Source: Anaeromyxobacteraceae bacterium (GTDB lineage: Bacteria > Myxococcota > Myxococcia > Myxococcales > Anaeromyxobacteraceae). Taken from it: a DNA stretch of 64,000 nucleotides. The stretch lies in NCBI GenBank assembly GCA_047602405.1, contig JASGHJ010000001.1:992001-1056000 (forward strand). Reading direction: 5' to 3'. Made by a program: the position numbers and the translations under genes. Position 1 is the stretch's first letter. Each line of letters starts with the position of its first letter. The notes beneath the pieces are model-generated. The model was not told the origin of the DNA, did no database searches, and saw nothing but the letters and a program-made list of their open reading frames with translations. Below are positions 1 to 10,162 of this stretch, one piece after another.

Positions 1-171
1 CCTGAGGAGCAGGGACGCCGGCGCGCGGTCGTCGAGGTCGTGCTGGTGCTCGAGCAGTCTGACGAAGGTGTCGTGCATGACGTCCAGGGCCGCCTCCGGG
101 TCGCGCAGGAGCGACCGGCATCGCCGGAGGACCATCGGTCCGAACTGCTGGTAGTGGGCTTCGACGTCCAA
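1..171 (-). CDS. ECF-type RNA polymerase sigma factor, N-terminal part (runs off the window start)
   Basis: Manual translation from TTG at 171: LDVEAHYQQFGPMVLRRCRSLLRDPEAALDVMHDTFVRLL..., a typical ECF sigma region 2 pattern; AGGAG upstream; not in the ORF track. Confidence 0.75.
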   Translation of the reverse strand, partial: MDVEAHYQQFGPMVLRRCRSLLRDPEAALDVMHDTFVRLLEHQHDLDDRAPASLLLR

Positions 172-312
172 GGGGCGTCACTCGCTCCTGTCGGTTAGAG
201 GAACCCCGTACCCCGGTCGAACTGTCACCCGCCCTGCATCGCCTGGCACGGACGGCCGGAAAGCTACCTGTTTGCGCAGGCTTCTTGAAGAAACCCTCCA
301 CGGGAATCCGCC

Positions 313-2457
313 ATGAACCTCGCCGCCGCCACCGCCGCGCTCCTGCTCGCCGCACCCCCGTCGCCGCCTCCCGCCCCCGTGGCGCGCGTCGAGGCCGCCT
401 CCGAGGTCCACCACGGCGTCGGCGTGCCCGACCCCTACCGCTGGCTCGAGAAGGCCGCCGACCCCGAGGTGAAGGCCTGGACCCGAGGCCAGGACGCCCA
501 CACGCGCGCGGTGCTCGCCGCGTTCCCGCAGTCGAAGGGCATGTACGCGCGGGTGAAGGAGATCAGGTCGGCGGCGTACCCGGCCTGGTGGGGCCTCCAC
601 GAGGAGGGGGGCACGCTCTTCGCGATCGTCTTCCGGCCGCCCGAGCAGCAGCCGCGCCTCGCCGTGCTGGCCTCGCTCGACGACCCGCGCGAGCGGACGA
701 TCGTCGACCCGAACGCGATCGACCGGTCGGGCAAGACGGCCATCGACTTCTTCGAGCCGTCCCACGACGGCACCCGGGTCGCCGTGTCGCTGTCGGTGAA
801 CGGGACCGAGGACGGGACCGTGCACGTGTACGACGTCGCGACCGGGAAGGCGCTGCCGGACGTCCTGCCCCGCGTGAACGGCGGCACCGCCGGCGGCAGC
901 GTCGCGTGGGCGGCGGACGGCTCGGGCTTCTGGTACACGCGCTACCCCGCGCCGGGTGAGCGGCCCGAGGCGGACCTCCCGTTCTTCCAGCAGGTCGCGT
1001 TCCACGCGCTCGGCACCCCGGTCGCGCAGGACGAGGTGGAGCTCGGCGCGGAGTTCACCGACCCCAGGATCGCGCAGGTGGTCCTCCAGGCCTCCCCGGA
1101 CGGCAAGCTCGCGACCGCGCGGGTCGCGCGCGGCGACGGCGGTGACTTCGAGTGGTTCGTCCGGCGCGGCGGGGCGTGGACGCGCCTCGCGCGCTTCGAG
1201 GACCGGCTCGTGGACGGCCGGTTCGGGCCCGACGGCGCGCTCTGGCTCGTGTCGCGCAAGGACGCCCCGCGGGGCAAGGTGCTCCGCCTCCCGCCCGGCG
1301 CACCCGCGGGGGCCGCGCCCGCGCTCGTCGTGCCCGAGGGCGACGGCTCCATCGAGGAGCTCGCCGTGACGTCCTCCCGGCTCTACCTCGTCGAGCAGGT
1401 GGGCGGGCCGACCCGCCTGCGCGCGTTCGGCCTCGACGGCAAGCTCGTGGGCGTGCTCCCCACGCCGCCGGTCTCCTCCGTCGGCGGGCTCGAGCGCGCC
1501 GGCGCGGGGGTCGCGTTCCGGGTGAGCACCTTCCTCACGCCGGCCGCGTGGTGGCGGGCGGACGACGCGAGCGGCCAGTCCGCGCGCACCGCCCTCGTCG
1601 GCCAGTCCTCGGTCTCCTTCGACGACTGCGAGGTCGTGCGCGACGAGGCCGTCTCCGCGGACGGCACGAGGGTGCCGGTCACGCTCCTCATGAAGAAGGG
1701 CACGCGGCCCGACGGCCAGAACCCGCTCATGCTGTACGGCTACGGCGGCTTCAACATCTCCGAGACGCCCTCCTTCTCGGCCGTCCGCCGCGCGTGGCTC
1801 GAGCAGGGCGGCATCTGGGCCCTCGCGAACATCCGCGGGGGCGCGGAGTTCGGCGAGGCGTGGCACCGCGCGGGCGCGCTCGACAGGAAGCAGAACGTCT
1901 TCGAGGACTTCGCCGCGGCCGCGCGGCTCGTCGTCGCGAGGAGGTGGACGCGGCCGGAGCGGCTCGTGCTGCACGGCGGCTCGAACGGCGGCCTCCTCAT
2001 GGGGGCGATGATCACGCAGTTCCCCTCGCTCGCCCGGGCGGTCGTGGCCGAGGTCGGCATCTTCGACTCGCTCCGCGTGGAGCTCACGCCGAACGGCACG
2101 CACAACGTGACCGAGTACGGCACGGTGCAGGACCCCGCGCAGTTCCACGCGCTGCGGGCCTACTCGCCCTACCACCGGGTGATGGACGGGGTGCCCTACC
2201 CCTCGGTGCTGCTCACCGCGGGCGAGAGCGATCCGCGCGTCGACGCCTACCACGCGAAGAAGTTCGCGGCGCGGCTGCAGGCGGCGACGTCCTCCGGGCG
2301 GCCGGTGCTCCTCCGGATCTCCGGCGGCGGCCACGGCATCGGCGCGGGCCTCGACGAGGGCATCGCGCGCGTCGCCGACGTCTACGCCTTCGCGATGCAC
2401 GAGCTCGGGATGACGTTCAGGCCGCCGCCGCGGCCGGCGGTGCCGGCGAGGAAGTAG
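313..2457 (+). CDS. Prolyl oligopeptidase (S9A), exported
   Basis: N-terminal DPYRWLE, GYGGF, NIRGGAEFGEAWH, nucleophile GGSNGG, DPRV Asp, GGGHG His; hydrophobic signal peptide. Confidence 0.93.
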   Translation: MNLAAATAALLLAAPPSPPPAPVARVEAASEVHHGVGVPDPYRWLEKAADPEVKAWTRGQDAHTRAVLAAFPQSKGMYARVKEIRSAAYPAWWGLHEEGGTLFAIVFRPPEQQPRLAVLASLDDPRERTIVDPNAIDRSGKTAIDFFEPSHDGTRVAVSLSVNGTEDGTVHVYDVATGKALPDVLPRVNGGTAGGSVAWAADGSGFWYTRYPAPGERPEADLPFFQQVAFHALGTPVAQDEVELGAEFTDPRIAQVVLQASPDGKLATARVARGDGGDFEWFVRRGGAWTRLARFEDRLVDGRFGPDGALWLVSRKDAPRGKVLRLPPGAPAGAAPALVVPEGDGSIEELAVTSSRLYLVEQVGGPTRLRAFGLDGKLVGVLPTPPVSSVGGLERAGAGVAFRVSTFLTPAAWWRADDASGQSARTALVGQSSVSFDDCEVVRDEAVSADGTRVPVTLLMKKGTRPDGQNPLMLYGYGGFNISETPSFSAVRRAWLEQGGIWALANIRGGAEFGEAWHRAGALDRKQNVFEDFAAAARLVVARRWTRPERLVLHGGSNGGLLMGAMITQFPSLARAVVAEVGIFDSLRVELTPNGTHNVTEYGTVQDPAQFHALRAYSPYHRVMDGVPYPSVLLTAGESDPRVDAYHAKKFAARLQAATSSGRPVLLRISGGGHGIGAGLDEGIARVADVYAFAMHELGMTFRPPPRPAVPARK

Positions 2458-2474
2458 CGGGCGCCTCGCCCGGA

Positions 2475-3401
2475 CTACATCGCCACCGGCACCGGCACGA
2501 ACGTGCCGACCAGCACCGCGACCGACGCGGCAGCGATCGCCAGGCGCCACCCGCCGAGCGAGGGCTCCTCCACGATCGGCGGCGGGTGCCCGAGGCCGAT
2601 GACCTTCCGCGTGATGAGCCACCACACGAGCCAGCTCCACGAGAGGAACAGCCCGGCGACGAACAGCGCCCACGACGCGACCTCGCCCACGCGGCGCGCG
2701 CGCCGCTCGCCGAGGAGCGCGAACGCGACGTGGCCGCCGTCGAGCTGGCCGACCGGGAGGAGGTTGAGGGTGGTGACGAGGAGCCCCACCCAGGCCGCGA
2801 GCGCGACGGGGTGGATGATCACCTCGCTCCCGTCCGGCACGCGCCCGAGCACGAGCCACTCCGCGCCGCGCATGACGAGGCTGTCGCCGAAGGAGACGAG
2901 CCCGTCGCCCGGCCCGAACACCGGCTCGCCGTGCAGGAACCGCCAGGCCATCCCGAGCGGCGACGGCGAGAGCGCGTGCGCCGTCCCGAGCTCGGCGAGC
3001 GCGTGGACCTCCGAGTGCGCGAGCCCCCACGCGAGGATCGGCAGCGCCACGAGGAAGCCCGCGATGGGGCCCGACGCGCCGATGTCGAGCACGGCGCGGC
3101 GGGTCGGGATGGGGGCCTTCAGCCGGATCACCGCGCCGAGGGTGCCGACCCCGAAGGGCGCCGGGATGAAGTACGGCCAGGTCACGTCCACCCCGTGCAG
3201 CCGGGCGGTCACGAAGTGGCCCATCTCGTGGACGAGCAGGATGGAGAGCAGCGCCCCGGAGAAGCGCAGCCCCTCCCGGACCGGATCGGAGCCCTCCGGG
3301 GTGAGGGCGGTGCCGACGAGGAAGGTGGTCCCGACCGTCGCGAGGAACAGCCCGAGCTGGACCCAGGGGAAGGTGCGGACCGGCCTCGTGACGGCGTCCA
3401 T
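2475..3401 (-). CDS. Site-2 protease (M50 family) membrane metalloprotease
   Basis: HEMGH zinc motif, NLLPVGQLDGG motif, several TM segments. Confidence 0.92.
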   Translation of the reverse strand: MDAVTRPVRTFPWVQLGLFLATVGTTFLVGTALTPEGSDPVREGLRFSGALLSILLVHEMGHFVTARLHGVDVTWPYFIPAPFGVGTLGAVIRLKAPIPTRRAVLDIGASGPIAGFLVALPILAWGLAHSEVHALAELGTAHALSPSPLGMAWRFLHGEPVFGPGDGLVSFGDSLVMRGAEWLVLGRVPDGSEVIIHPVALAAWVGLLVTTLNLLPVGQLDGGHVAFALLGERRARRVGEVASWALFVAGLFLSWSWLVWWLITRKVIGLGHPPPIVEEPSLGGWRLAIAAASVAVLVGTFVPVPVAM

Positions 3402-3504
3402 CGTCAGGGGAACCTAAGCGCGAGGCCGCCGCGCAGCCATCCGGCCTGCCCCCGGCGTTCCGAGGTGCGCCGGCACCGAAGCCGGGGGCACCAGGCCCGG
3501 GACG

Positions 3505-5580
3505 CTACCCCGCGCCGGGGGCGAGGAGCTCCTGCGGCGTCAGCTCGCGGAGGCCGGCCCTGTCGACCGTGAGGTAGAAGAGCGGCTTCTCGGCGGTGCG
3601 CTTCGGCCCGAAGGTGATGTCGCCCGTCGCGCCCGGATAGGCCTTCACGGCGCCGAGCGCGTCCCGGAAGGCCGGGCGGGTCTGCGGGTGGGAGGCGTCG
3701 ATGATCCGGCGCGCCATGCCGGCCGCGTCGTAGGCGTTCGCCTCGATGATGCTCGGGGTCGCGCCCTCGAACTTCTTCTGGAAGGCCTCCACGAACGCCT
3801 TCGTCTGCGGGCGGGTCGAGCCGGCCCAGAAGCCGTCGACGTAGATCGCGCAGCGCACGTGCCGCCCCGCGCCGCCGGGCGAGACGTCGAAGAGGGACGG
3901 GTCGAAGCCCCAGCCGTTCGAGCCGAGGAGCTGCACGGGCACGAGGTCCTCGCGGCCGGTCGTCTTCTTGATGCGGGCGACCTCGTTCGGCTCGCAGGTC
4001 TGGGTGACGATGTCCTCGACCGCGAGGGCGGGCGCGATGAGCTTCACGTTCTGCGCGCCGTCGGGGATGAAGATCGCGTCGAAGTCGGTGACCGGGTCGA
4101 GCTTCTCCCGGGCCTTCTCGATGGCCTTGCGGCGCCGGAAGGGATCGTTCTCCTTCTCGGCGATCTCCTTGACCGTGTCCTTCCAGTCCTGCCGCTCGTC
4201 GAGGTAGAGCTTCCCCACGAGGCTCTGCACGAGCGGCGTGAAGGTGGTGCGGTCGGCCGCGTAGCTCTCCGCCGCCCGGACCTCGCCGCCGCGGGCCTCG
4301 ACCTCGTCCCAGAACGCGTTCGCGAGCTCGGTGCCGTACGGCACCTGCGGCCACATGAGCGCGAACCGCTTCATGCCCCGCCGCGCCATCATGAGCTCGG
4401 CGAGCCCGCGCGCCTGCGCGACCGGGGTGAGCATGTTCTGGAAGACGTTCGGCCCCGCCTCGGTGATGCCGTCCTGGCGCGAGAGCGAGACGAACGGGAC
4501 CTGCAGCTCCTCCGCGGTCGCCGCCGCGCGCTCGGCCTCGGCGGTCGTGACGCCGCCGATGACGAGCATCGCGCCCTCCTGCAGCGCCAGCTGCTCGATG
4601 GCCTGGGCCGCGCCGTCCGGCTCGCCGCGCGAGTCGCGCACCACGAGCTTGAACGCACCGCCGTCGCCGAGCGCGAGCCCGACGCCGTCGAGGACGCGCT
4701 GGCCGAAGGCCTTCTGCGGGCCGGAGAGCGGCACCGCCACGCCGATCACGTTCGGCTTCACGAAGGTGAGCCGGCCGATGCGGTCGACGAGCGCACGCGC
4801 CTCGGCGGCGTAGGGGCCGTCGGGCCAGCGCTGGGTGACCTCGCGCGCGAGCTCCTGCGCCCGGGCGTACTCGCGCAGGTGCAGGTGGATGCGCGCGAGC
4901 TTCATCGTGAGCGCCTCCTGCAGCGGCGCGCCCGCGGGGTACGCCTCGCGGAGCTTCGCGACGTCGAGGAAGGGCAGGCGGTCCACCGCGTCGGCCGCGT
5001 TCGCGATCGCGCGAGCCCGGTCGTCGCCGGTCGTGACCTCCGCGAGCTCGGCCCACCAGCGCACCGCGTCCGCGTCGGCGCCGGCCTTCGAGGCGGCCTC
5101 GGCCGCCCGCGCGGCGGCCTCCGGCTTCGCCTCGGAGGGGAGCTTCCCGTAGAGCGAGCCGAGCGTGGCGAGCCCGTCCTTCGTGCGGCCGGTCTCGAGG
5201 TTCACCACGGCGAGGAGGTACTTCGCCTCCACCGCGCGCCGGTAGAGCGGGTACTCGGTGAGGAGCGTGCCGAGGGCGGCGGCGGCGCGCTCGGGCCTCT
5301 GCGCCTGGCGCCAGCGCTCGGCGGCGCCGTGGAGCGCCTCGGCGGCCGAGGGCGTGCCGCGGTACTTCGCGGCGAAGGCCTCGAGCCGCGCGGCGCCGTC
5401 GGCGGGCGGGAGCGTCGGCACCACGGCCTGCACGTCGGTCCACTCGCGGCGCGCGACGTCCTCGGCCTGGTCGACCGGCATGACCTCGCCGTTCACGACC
5501 GCGGTGCGCTTCGGGCAGCCCAGGGGGCCCGCCACGAGGAGGACGGCCGCCGCGAGCCACCGGACGCGAGGGTTGTGCAT
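3505..5580 (-). CDS. LpoA/LppC-like lipoprotein (TPR-like N-terminus plus periplasmic-binding-protein fold), probable penicillin-binding-protein activator
   Basis: Lipobox PLGC; helical repeats; IGVAVPLSG, DFDAIFIPD, YPGATGDITF typical of type I PBP-fold/LpoA C-terminal domain. Confidence 0.75.
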   Translation of the reverse strand: MHNPRVRWLAAAVLLVAGPLGCPKRTAVVNGEVMPVDQAEDVARREWTDVQAVVPTLPPADGAARLEAFAAKYRGTPSAAEALHGAAERWRQAQRPERAAAALGTLLTEYPLYRRAVEAKYLLAVVNLETGRTKDGLATLGSLYGKLPSEAKPEAAARAAEAASKAGADADAVRWWAELAEVTTGDDRARAIANAADAVDRLPFLDVAKLREAYPAGAPLQEALTMKLARIHLHLREYARAQELAREVTQRWPDGPYAAEARALVDRIGRLTFVKPNVIGVAVPLSGPQKAFGQRVLDGVGLALGDGGAFKLVVRDSRGEPDGAAQAIEQLALQEGAMLVIGGVTTAEAERAAATAEELQVPFVSLSRQDGITEAGPNVFQNMLTPVAQARGLAELMMARRGMKRFALMWPQVPYGTELANAFWDEVEARGGEVRAAESYAADRTTFTPLVQSLVGKLYLDERQDWKDTVKEIAEKENDPFRRRKAIEKAREKLDPVTDFDAIFIPDGAQNVKLIAPALAVEDIVTQTCEPNEVARIKKTTGREDLVPVQLLGSNGWGFDPSLFDVSPGGAGRHVRCAIYVDGFWAGSTRPQTKAFVEAFQKKFEGATPSIIEANAYDAAGMARRIIDASHPQTRPAFRDALGAVKAYPGATGDITFGPKRTAEKPLFYLTVDRAGLRELTPQELLAPGAG

Positions 5581-5597
5581 GGGTGGGTTCGTCCCGG

Positions 5598-6716
5598 TCA
5601 GTTCGAGTCGAAGAGCTCCGACACCTTACGCCAGAAGCTCTTCGACTGGGGATGCGTGTCCTCGCCGGAGATCTCGGCGAACTTCTCGAGCAGGTCGCGC
5701 TGCTCCTTCGAGAGGTGCGTGGGCGTCTCGACCGTGACGCGGACGTGCTGGTCGCCCCGCCCGGTGCCGGAGAGGCTCTGCACGCCCTTCCCCTTCAGGC
5801 GGAACACCTTCCCGCCCTGCGTCCCGGCGGGGATCTTGAGCTTCGTCGGCCCGTCGAGGGTGGGCACGTCCACCTGGCCGCCGAGCGCCGCCTGCACGAA
5901 GGAGATCGGCATCTCGCAGAGGACCTCGGTGTCCTCGCGCGTGAAGATCGGGTGCTCGCGCACCTGCACGACGACGTAGAGGTCGCCGGGCATCCCGCCG
6001 CTGCCGGGCGCGGGCTCGCCCTCGCCGGAGAGCTTGAGGCGCGTGCCGGTGTCGACGCCGGGCGGGACCTTCACCTCGACCGTGGCCGTGTCGCGCGTCG
6101 CGCCCGCGCCGCCGCAGTCGGAGCACTTGTCCATGACGACGCGGCCCGAGCCGTTGCAGTGGTGGCAGGTCCGCGCGATCGAGAAGAAGCCCTGCGTGAG
6201 CCGGACCTCGCCGGCGCCGCCGCAGGTCGGGCAGGTGCGGGGGCCGGTGCCCGGCTTCGCACCGGAGCCCTTGCAGGTGGTGCACGGCTTCGCGCGCGGG
6301 ATGGTGATGCGCGCGGTGGTGCCGAACGCGGCCTCCTCGAAGGAGATCTCGAGGTGGTAGCGGAGGTCGGTGCCGCGCGCGCGGCCGCGGCCGCGCTGGC
6401 GCTGCTGGCCGAACATCTCGCCGAAGATGTCGCCGAAGATGTCGTTGATGGAGGCGCCGCCGCCGAACGGGAAGTCGCCCGGCATCCCGGCGCCGCCGTT
6501 CACGTGGCCGAAGCGGTCGTAGCGGGCGCGCTTCTCCTGGTCGGAGAGGACCGCGTACGCCTCGGAGGCCTCCTTGAACTTCTCCTCGGCCTCCTTGTTC
6601 CCGGGGTTCTTGTCGGGGTGGTACTGGTGGGCGAGCTTGCGGTAGGCCGACTTGATGGCCGACCCGTCCGCGTCGCGGCCCACGCCCAGCACCTCGTAGT
6701 AGTCGCGCTTGTCCAA
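5598..6716 (-). CDS. dnaJ: Chaperone DnaJ
   Basis: [14 protein letters not shown] region, four CxxCxGxG repeats; TTG start at 6716 inferred. Confidence 0.97.
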   Translation of the reverse strand: MDKRDYYEVLGVGRDADGSAIKSAYRKLAHQYHPDKNPGNKEAEEKFKEASEAYAVLSDQEKRARYDRFGHVNGGAGMPGDFPFGGGASINDIFGDIFGEMFGQQRQRGRGRARGTDLRYHLEISFEEAAFGTTARITIPRAKPCTTCKGSGAKPGTGPRTCPTCGGAGEVRLTQGFFSIARTCHHCNGSGRVVMDKCSDCGGAGATRDTATVEVKVPPGVDTGTRLKLSGEGEPAPGSGGMPGDLYVVVQVREHPIFTREDTEVLCEMPISFVQAALGGQVDVPTLDGPTKLKIPAGTQGGKVFRLKGKGVQSLSGTGRGDQHVRVTVETPTHLSKEQRDLLEKFAEISGEDTHPQSKSFWRKVSELFDSN

Positions 6717-6769
6717 GAAATCCCAGGGGTTACGTTGGCCGGCCGGCGGGGGGACCCCGGGCCCGAGCC

Positions 6770-6797
6770 AACATAACGCACCGGAAGCGCTTGGCAA
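6770..6797 (-). promoter_or_regulatory. Putative sigma70-like promoter of dnaJ (TTGCCA-N16-TATGTT)
   Basis: Read on the minus strand about 55 nt upstream of the dnaJ start. Confidence 0.4.
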
Positions 6798-6956
6798 TCC
6801 GGCGGGCGCAGGAGTCCGTCACCGACGCCGGCCGGAGGTACCACATGCCGACCCCGCGTTCCCCGGAGCGCGACCGGCGGGCAGATCAGCGCACCGCGCA
6901 GAATTCACTGGATGTCACGACCCCGGGGCGTGAGGCTGCGCGCGGGGGGAGACACC

Positions 6957-8303
6957 ATGCACGTGCACCGTTCTCTGGCCGCGGTCTGTGTCGCGTTCTT
7001 CGTCGCTGCCTGCGGAGGGGGAGGCACCGGGGAGCAGGGCGGTACGGTACCGCCCACCGGTGCGGCGAGGGCCGTCGCGCCCGGCGACACCGGCGTGCCG
7101 CTCGATGCGCCGCTCGTCTTCACGCTGCCGGCGGACGTGGACCCGTCGAGCTTCTCGGCCGCGAACGTCACGCTGCGGGGGCAGGTGAACGACGGCCCGC
7201 AAGCCTGGGCGCTCGACACCTCGCTCGACACGACGACGCGCAAGCTCACGGTCTCGCCGCACCGGGTGCTCGCGGCCGGCACGTTCTACACGCTCACCCT
7301 GCAGGACCTGAAGACCACGGCGGGCGCCGCCCACGCCGTCGAGCTCGGCTTCCGCTCGATGCTCAACCCGGTGCTCCGCGAGTACCGGCCCCACGACGGA
7401 CCTCCTCCCGGCTTCGTTCTGGAGCTGGGCTGGCGGATCGAGTGGGCCCGCGACGCCGCCGGCGGCGCGCTGGGCTCGACGCGCTTCTACTCGAAGGGAG
7501 CGGACGGGCGCTGGGTCACCGGCGACGACCCGGTGGTCGGCTACTCGACCGTGAGCGGCGGGACGGGACCCGGCGCGACGACGCTGGAGGAGCTCTTCGA
7601 CGGCGCCGGGGCCGACCTCACCTGGCACACGCCGGACGACATCCTCCGGGAGCGGGTCACCTCCGTTCGCGACGCCCACGGGCACGTGCTCCGGCAGCTC
7701 ACCCAGTCGCGCGGCAACGACCACGTGCTCGACACGGCGGACGACCTCTTCGCCTGCGTCGCACGCGTCGAGGATGCCCAGGGGCGCCTCACCGCGGAGG
7801 GCGTGTGTAGTCCCGGGCCGGACGAGACCTACTTCACCGCGGACGACACGCTCGCCGTCAACACGCGCTGGATCCGCGACGCGAACGACGAGGTCAGCGA
7901 GCAGCGGTTCTACGTCGCCGGCCCCGACGGGATCCAGGGTACGGCCGACGATCAGCTCTACTCGGTCCACACGTACACGCGGACGCCCGGCAAGGTCCTC
8001 GACAGGTTCTGGGGCGCCGGCGCAGACGGGATCTTCCCGAGCGCGGACGACCTCCCGCAGGCCTGGGACACCGACGAGCTCGACGCTCGGGGGCGAGTGC
8101 TCCGGTCGTCCGGGTACATCGGCAAGGGACCGGACGGCAAGGTCGGCACCGACGACGACGACGTCTACTACCGGACGAACTTCAAGTACGACACCAGCGG
8201 CGCGCGGACGTGGTCTCGGTTCGCTCATCGGGGTGCGGATGGGAAGATCGACACCTGGGACGACGACGTGGAGTACGAGCGCGAGTACCTGACCGATCGG
8301 TGA
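6957..8303 (+). CDS. Lipoprotein with an Ig-like domain followed by eight GxDx4TxDD repeats
   Basis: GGAGA SD, lipobox FVAAC, Big_5-like segment (PGDTGVPLDAPLVFTL...VDPSS...LAAGTFYTLTL), repeats read from the translation. Confidence 0.8.
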   Translation: MHVHRSLAAVCVAFFVAACGGGGTGEQGGTVPPTGAARAVAPGDTGVPLDAPLVFTLPADVDPSSFSAANVTLRGQVNDGPQAWALDTSLDTTTRKLTVSPHRVLAAGTFYTLTLQDLKTTAGAAHAVELGFRSMLNPVLREYRPHDGPPPGFVLELGWRIEWARDAAGGALGSTRFYSKGADGRWVTGDDPVVGYSTVSGGTGPGATTLEELFDGAGADLTWHTPDDILRERVTSVRDAHGHVLRQLTQSRGNDHVLDTADDLFACVARVEDAQGRLTAEGVCSPGPDETYFTADDTLAVNTRWIRDANDEVSEQRFYVAGPDGIQGTADDQLYSVHTYTRTPGKVLDRFWGAGADGIFPSADDLPQAWDTDELDARGRVLRSSGYIGKGPDGKVGTDDDDVYYRTNFKYDTSGARTWSRFAHRGADGKIDTWDDDVEYEREYLTDR

Positions 8304-8323
8304 AGAGCGGGGAGAGGCCTGAG

Positions 8324-9232
8324 GTGACGACGAGAGCCACGCCGACCGGACCCCTGGACGGCCTCGCGCCGGGGACGGTCGAGACCCGGTCCGGGCCCTT
8401 CGAGTGCGCCGTCCTGGGCGAGGGGCCCGCGGTCCTCTCTCTGCACGGCGCGATGGGCGGCTGGGATCAGGGCGCGCTGCTCGCGCTCACCGCGGGCGTG
8501 CCCGGCTACCGCTACCTCTGTCCGTCGCGCCCCGGCTACCTCGGCACGCCGCTCGCCGACGCGCGGACGCCCGCCGCGCAGGCGCGCCGCTACGCCGACC
8601 TCCTCGACGCGCTCGGCGTCGAGCGCGCGGCGGTGATGGCCATCTCCGGCGGAGGCCCGTCGGCGCTTCGGTTCGCGGTCGACTTCCCGGACCGTTGTTC
8701 CGGTGCGGTGATCTTCTCCTCGGTCGTGCGCCGGCAGGACCAGCGCCTCCCGCTCGCCTGGTGGGTGCTCCGCGTCGCGCTCCGGTTTCCACCGCTCGCG
8801 GAGGCGATGCGCAAGCGTGCGTCGCGTGATCCCGACGCTGCCGCGACCCGGTCCATCCCGGAGCCCGACGTCCGCGCCCGCACGCTCGCGCACCCGGAGG
8901 CGGGCCCGTTGCTCCGCGCGCTCTTCGCGAGCACGAGCCGCCGGATGGCGGAGCGGCTCGACGGCACCGAGAACGACGTGGCCGTCACGCGCGGCGCGCT
9001 CGACCTCCCGCTGGAACGGCTCCAGGTGCCGGTGCTCGCGGTGCACGGGACCGCGGACGAGCTCGCGCCGTTCGAGAACGCCAGGGAGCTCGTCGCGCGG
9101 GCGCCCGGCGCGGAGCTCCTGGCGCTCGACGGTGGACGCCACGTGGCGATCTACACGCACCTCGAGGAGGTGCGGCCGGCCGTCGGGCGCTTCCTCGCGA
9201 GCCACGCCGGCGCGGCGTCAGCCGTGCCCTAG
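8324..9232 (+). CDS. Alpha/beta hydrolase
   Basis: LHGAMGG oxyanion loop, SRPGYLGT, AISGGG nucleophile elbow, HGTADE Asp, GGRH His; GTG start inferred. Confidence 0.88.
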   Translation: MTTRATPTGPLDGLAPGTVETRSGPFECAVLGEGPAVLSLHGAMGGWDQGALLALTAGVPGYRYLCPSRPGYLGTPLADARTPAAQARRYADLLDALGVERAAVMAISGGGPSALRFAVDFPDRCSGAVIFSSVVRRQDQRLPLAWWVLRVALRFPPLAEAMRKRASRDPDAAATRSIPEPDVRARTLAHPEAGPLLRALFASTSRRMAERLDGTENDVAVTRGALDLPLERLQVPVLAVHGTADELAPFENARELVARAPGAELLALDGGRHVAIYTHLEEVRPAVGRFLASHAGAASAVP

Positions 9233-9415
9233 GCGCCGCTCGGCCCGGCGGGCCTGCATACCCTGCCACGCCCACCAGCACGCGTAGACGCAGAGGCCCA
9301 CGGCGAGCGCGCTCCGCGACTCTCGGGCGGTCCACGGGATGACGCGCGCGAGGAGCGCGGCGACGAAGAGGGCGGCGGTCAGCCGGAAGCAGCGCGCGGC
9401 GGTCAGGGCGGGCAT
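9218..9415 (-). CDS. Small hypothetical membrane protein
   Basis: 65 aa with two hydrophobic segments; overlaps the convergent hydrolase by 15 nt. Confidence 0.4.
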   Translation of the reverse strand: MPALTAARCFRLTAALFVAALLARVIPWTARESRSALAVGLCVYACWWAWQGMQARRAERRLGHG

Positions 9416-9542
9416 GGTGCAGGACGAATCTTGCCCATCTCGCCGCTGCCCGTCGCCCGGCGTGAGGAGCCTTCCGGACGTTCGTGGGCCTGCCAGACCT
9501 CGGTGACGTCGACCGCCCGGCCGCTGCGCTGGCCGGCTCGCT

Positions 9543-9944
9543 TCACCCGCGGCTCCGCTCCTTCACGGCCGCGTACGCCGCCGCGATCAGCGCCTCGAGC
9601 GCGCCCCCGTTCTCGGCCTGGCCGGGCCGGAGCTTCACGTGGCGCATCCGCTTCCCGCTGCCCTCCAGCAACCCGGCGGGATCCGGGAGCAGCGCGCCCA
9701 GGAAGAAGCCGACGTTCACGTGGTCCCGCCACGCGGCGACGTACGCGAACGCGGCGTCGCCCACGCAGGCGGTCGGCGCGCCGTCGTGCATGAGCTCGCG
9801 CACGTCGGGACCGCAGGCGCGCATCCGAGCGAACCACGGCTCGAGCATGGGGCGCAGGTCGGCGCGCTGCGCGCGCAGCCAGGCGTCGATCGCGGGGTCA
9901 CGCCGGACCGCATCAGGAAAGCGCAGGAGGTCGCTGGAGCTCAT
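9543..9944 (-). CDS. DUF1801/YdhG-like protein
   Basis: HVNVGFFLGALLPDPAGLLEGSGKRMRHVKL signature; GGAGAG SD. Confidence 0.85.
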   Translation of the reverse strand: MSSSDLLRFPDAVRRDPAIDAWLRAQRADLRPMLEPWFARMRACGPDVRELMHDGAPTACVGDAAFAYVAAWRDHVNVGFFLGALLPDPAGLLEGSGKRMRHVKLRPGQAENGGALEALIAAAYAAVKERSRG

Positions 9945-10162
9945 CGTCTCTCCCCACCGAGCTCACGATCTCGATTCAACCCGGACGCGGACGACGTGAG
10001 AGCCGGTTCTGGTCACAGCCCATGCGAAGCGACGCCCCGCCGCGCGCGCTGTTGCGACCCGTTCGCAAACACTTCCGCGGAGGAAGTCCTGGGGCGACGA
10101 CGACCCGCCCCGCGACGACGCCGCGATGCCCGCGCAGACGTCTGCGCCGCGAGTGCCGCGCC

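Noticed and set aside
244..259. TGGCACG, a perfect sigma54 -24 element upstream of the peptidase
   Set aside because: No GC at the -12 position at the required spacing
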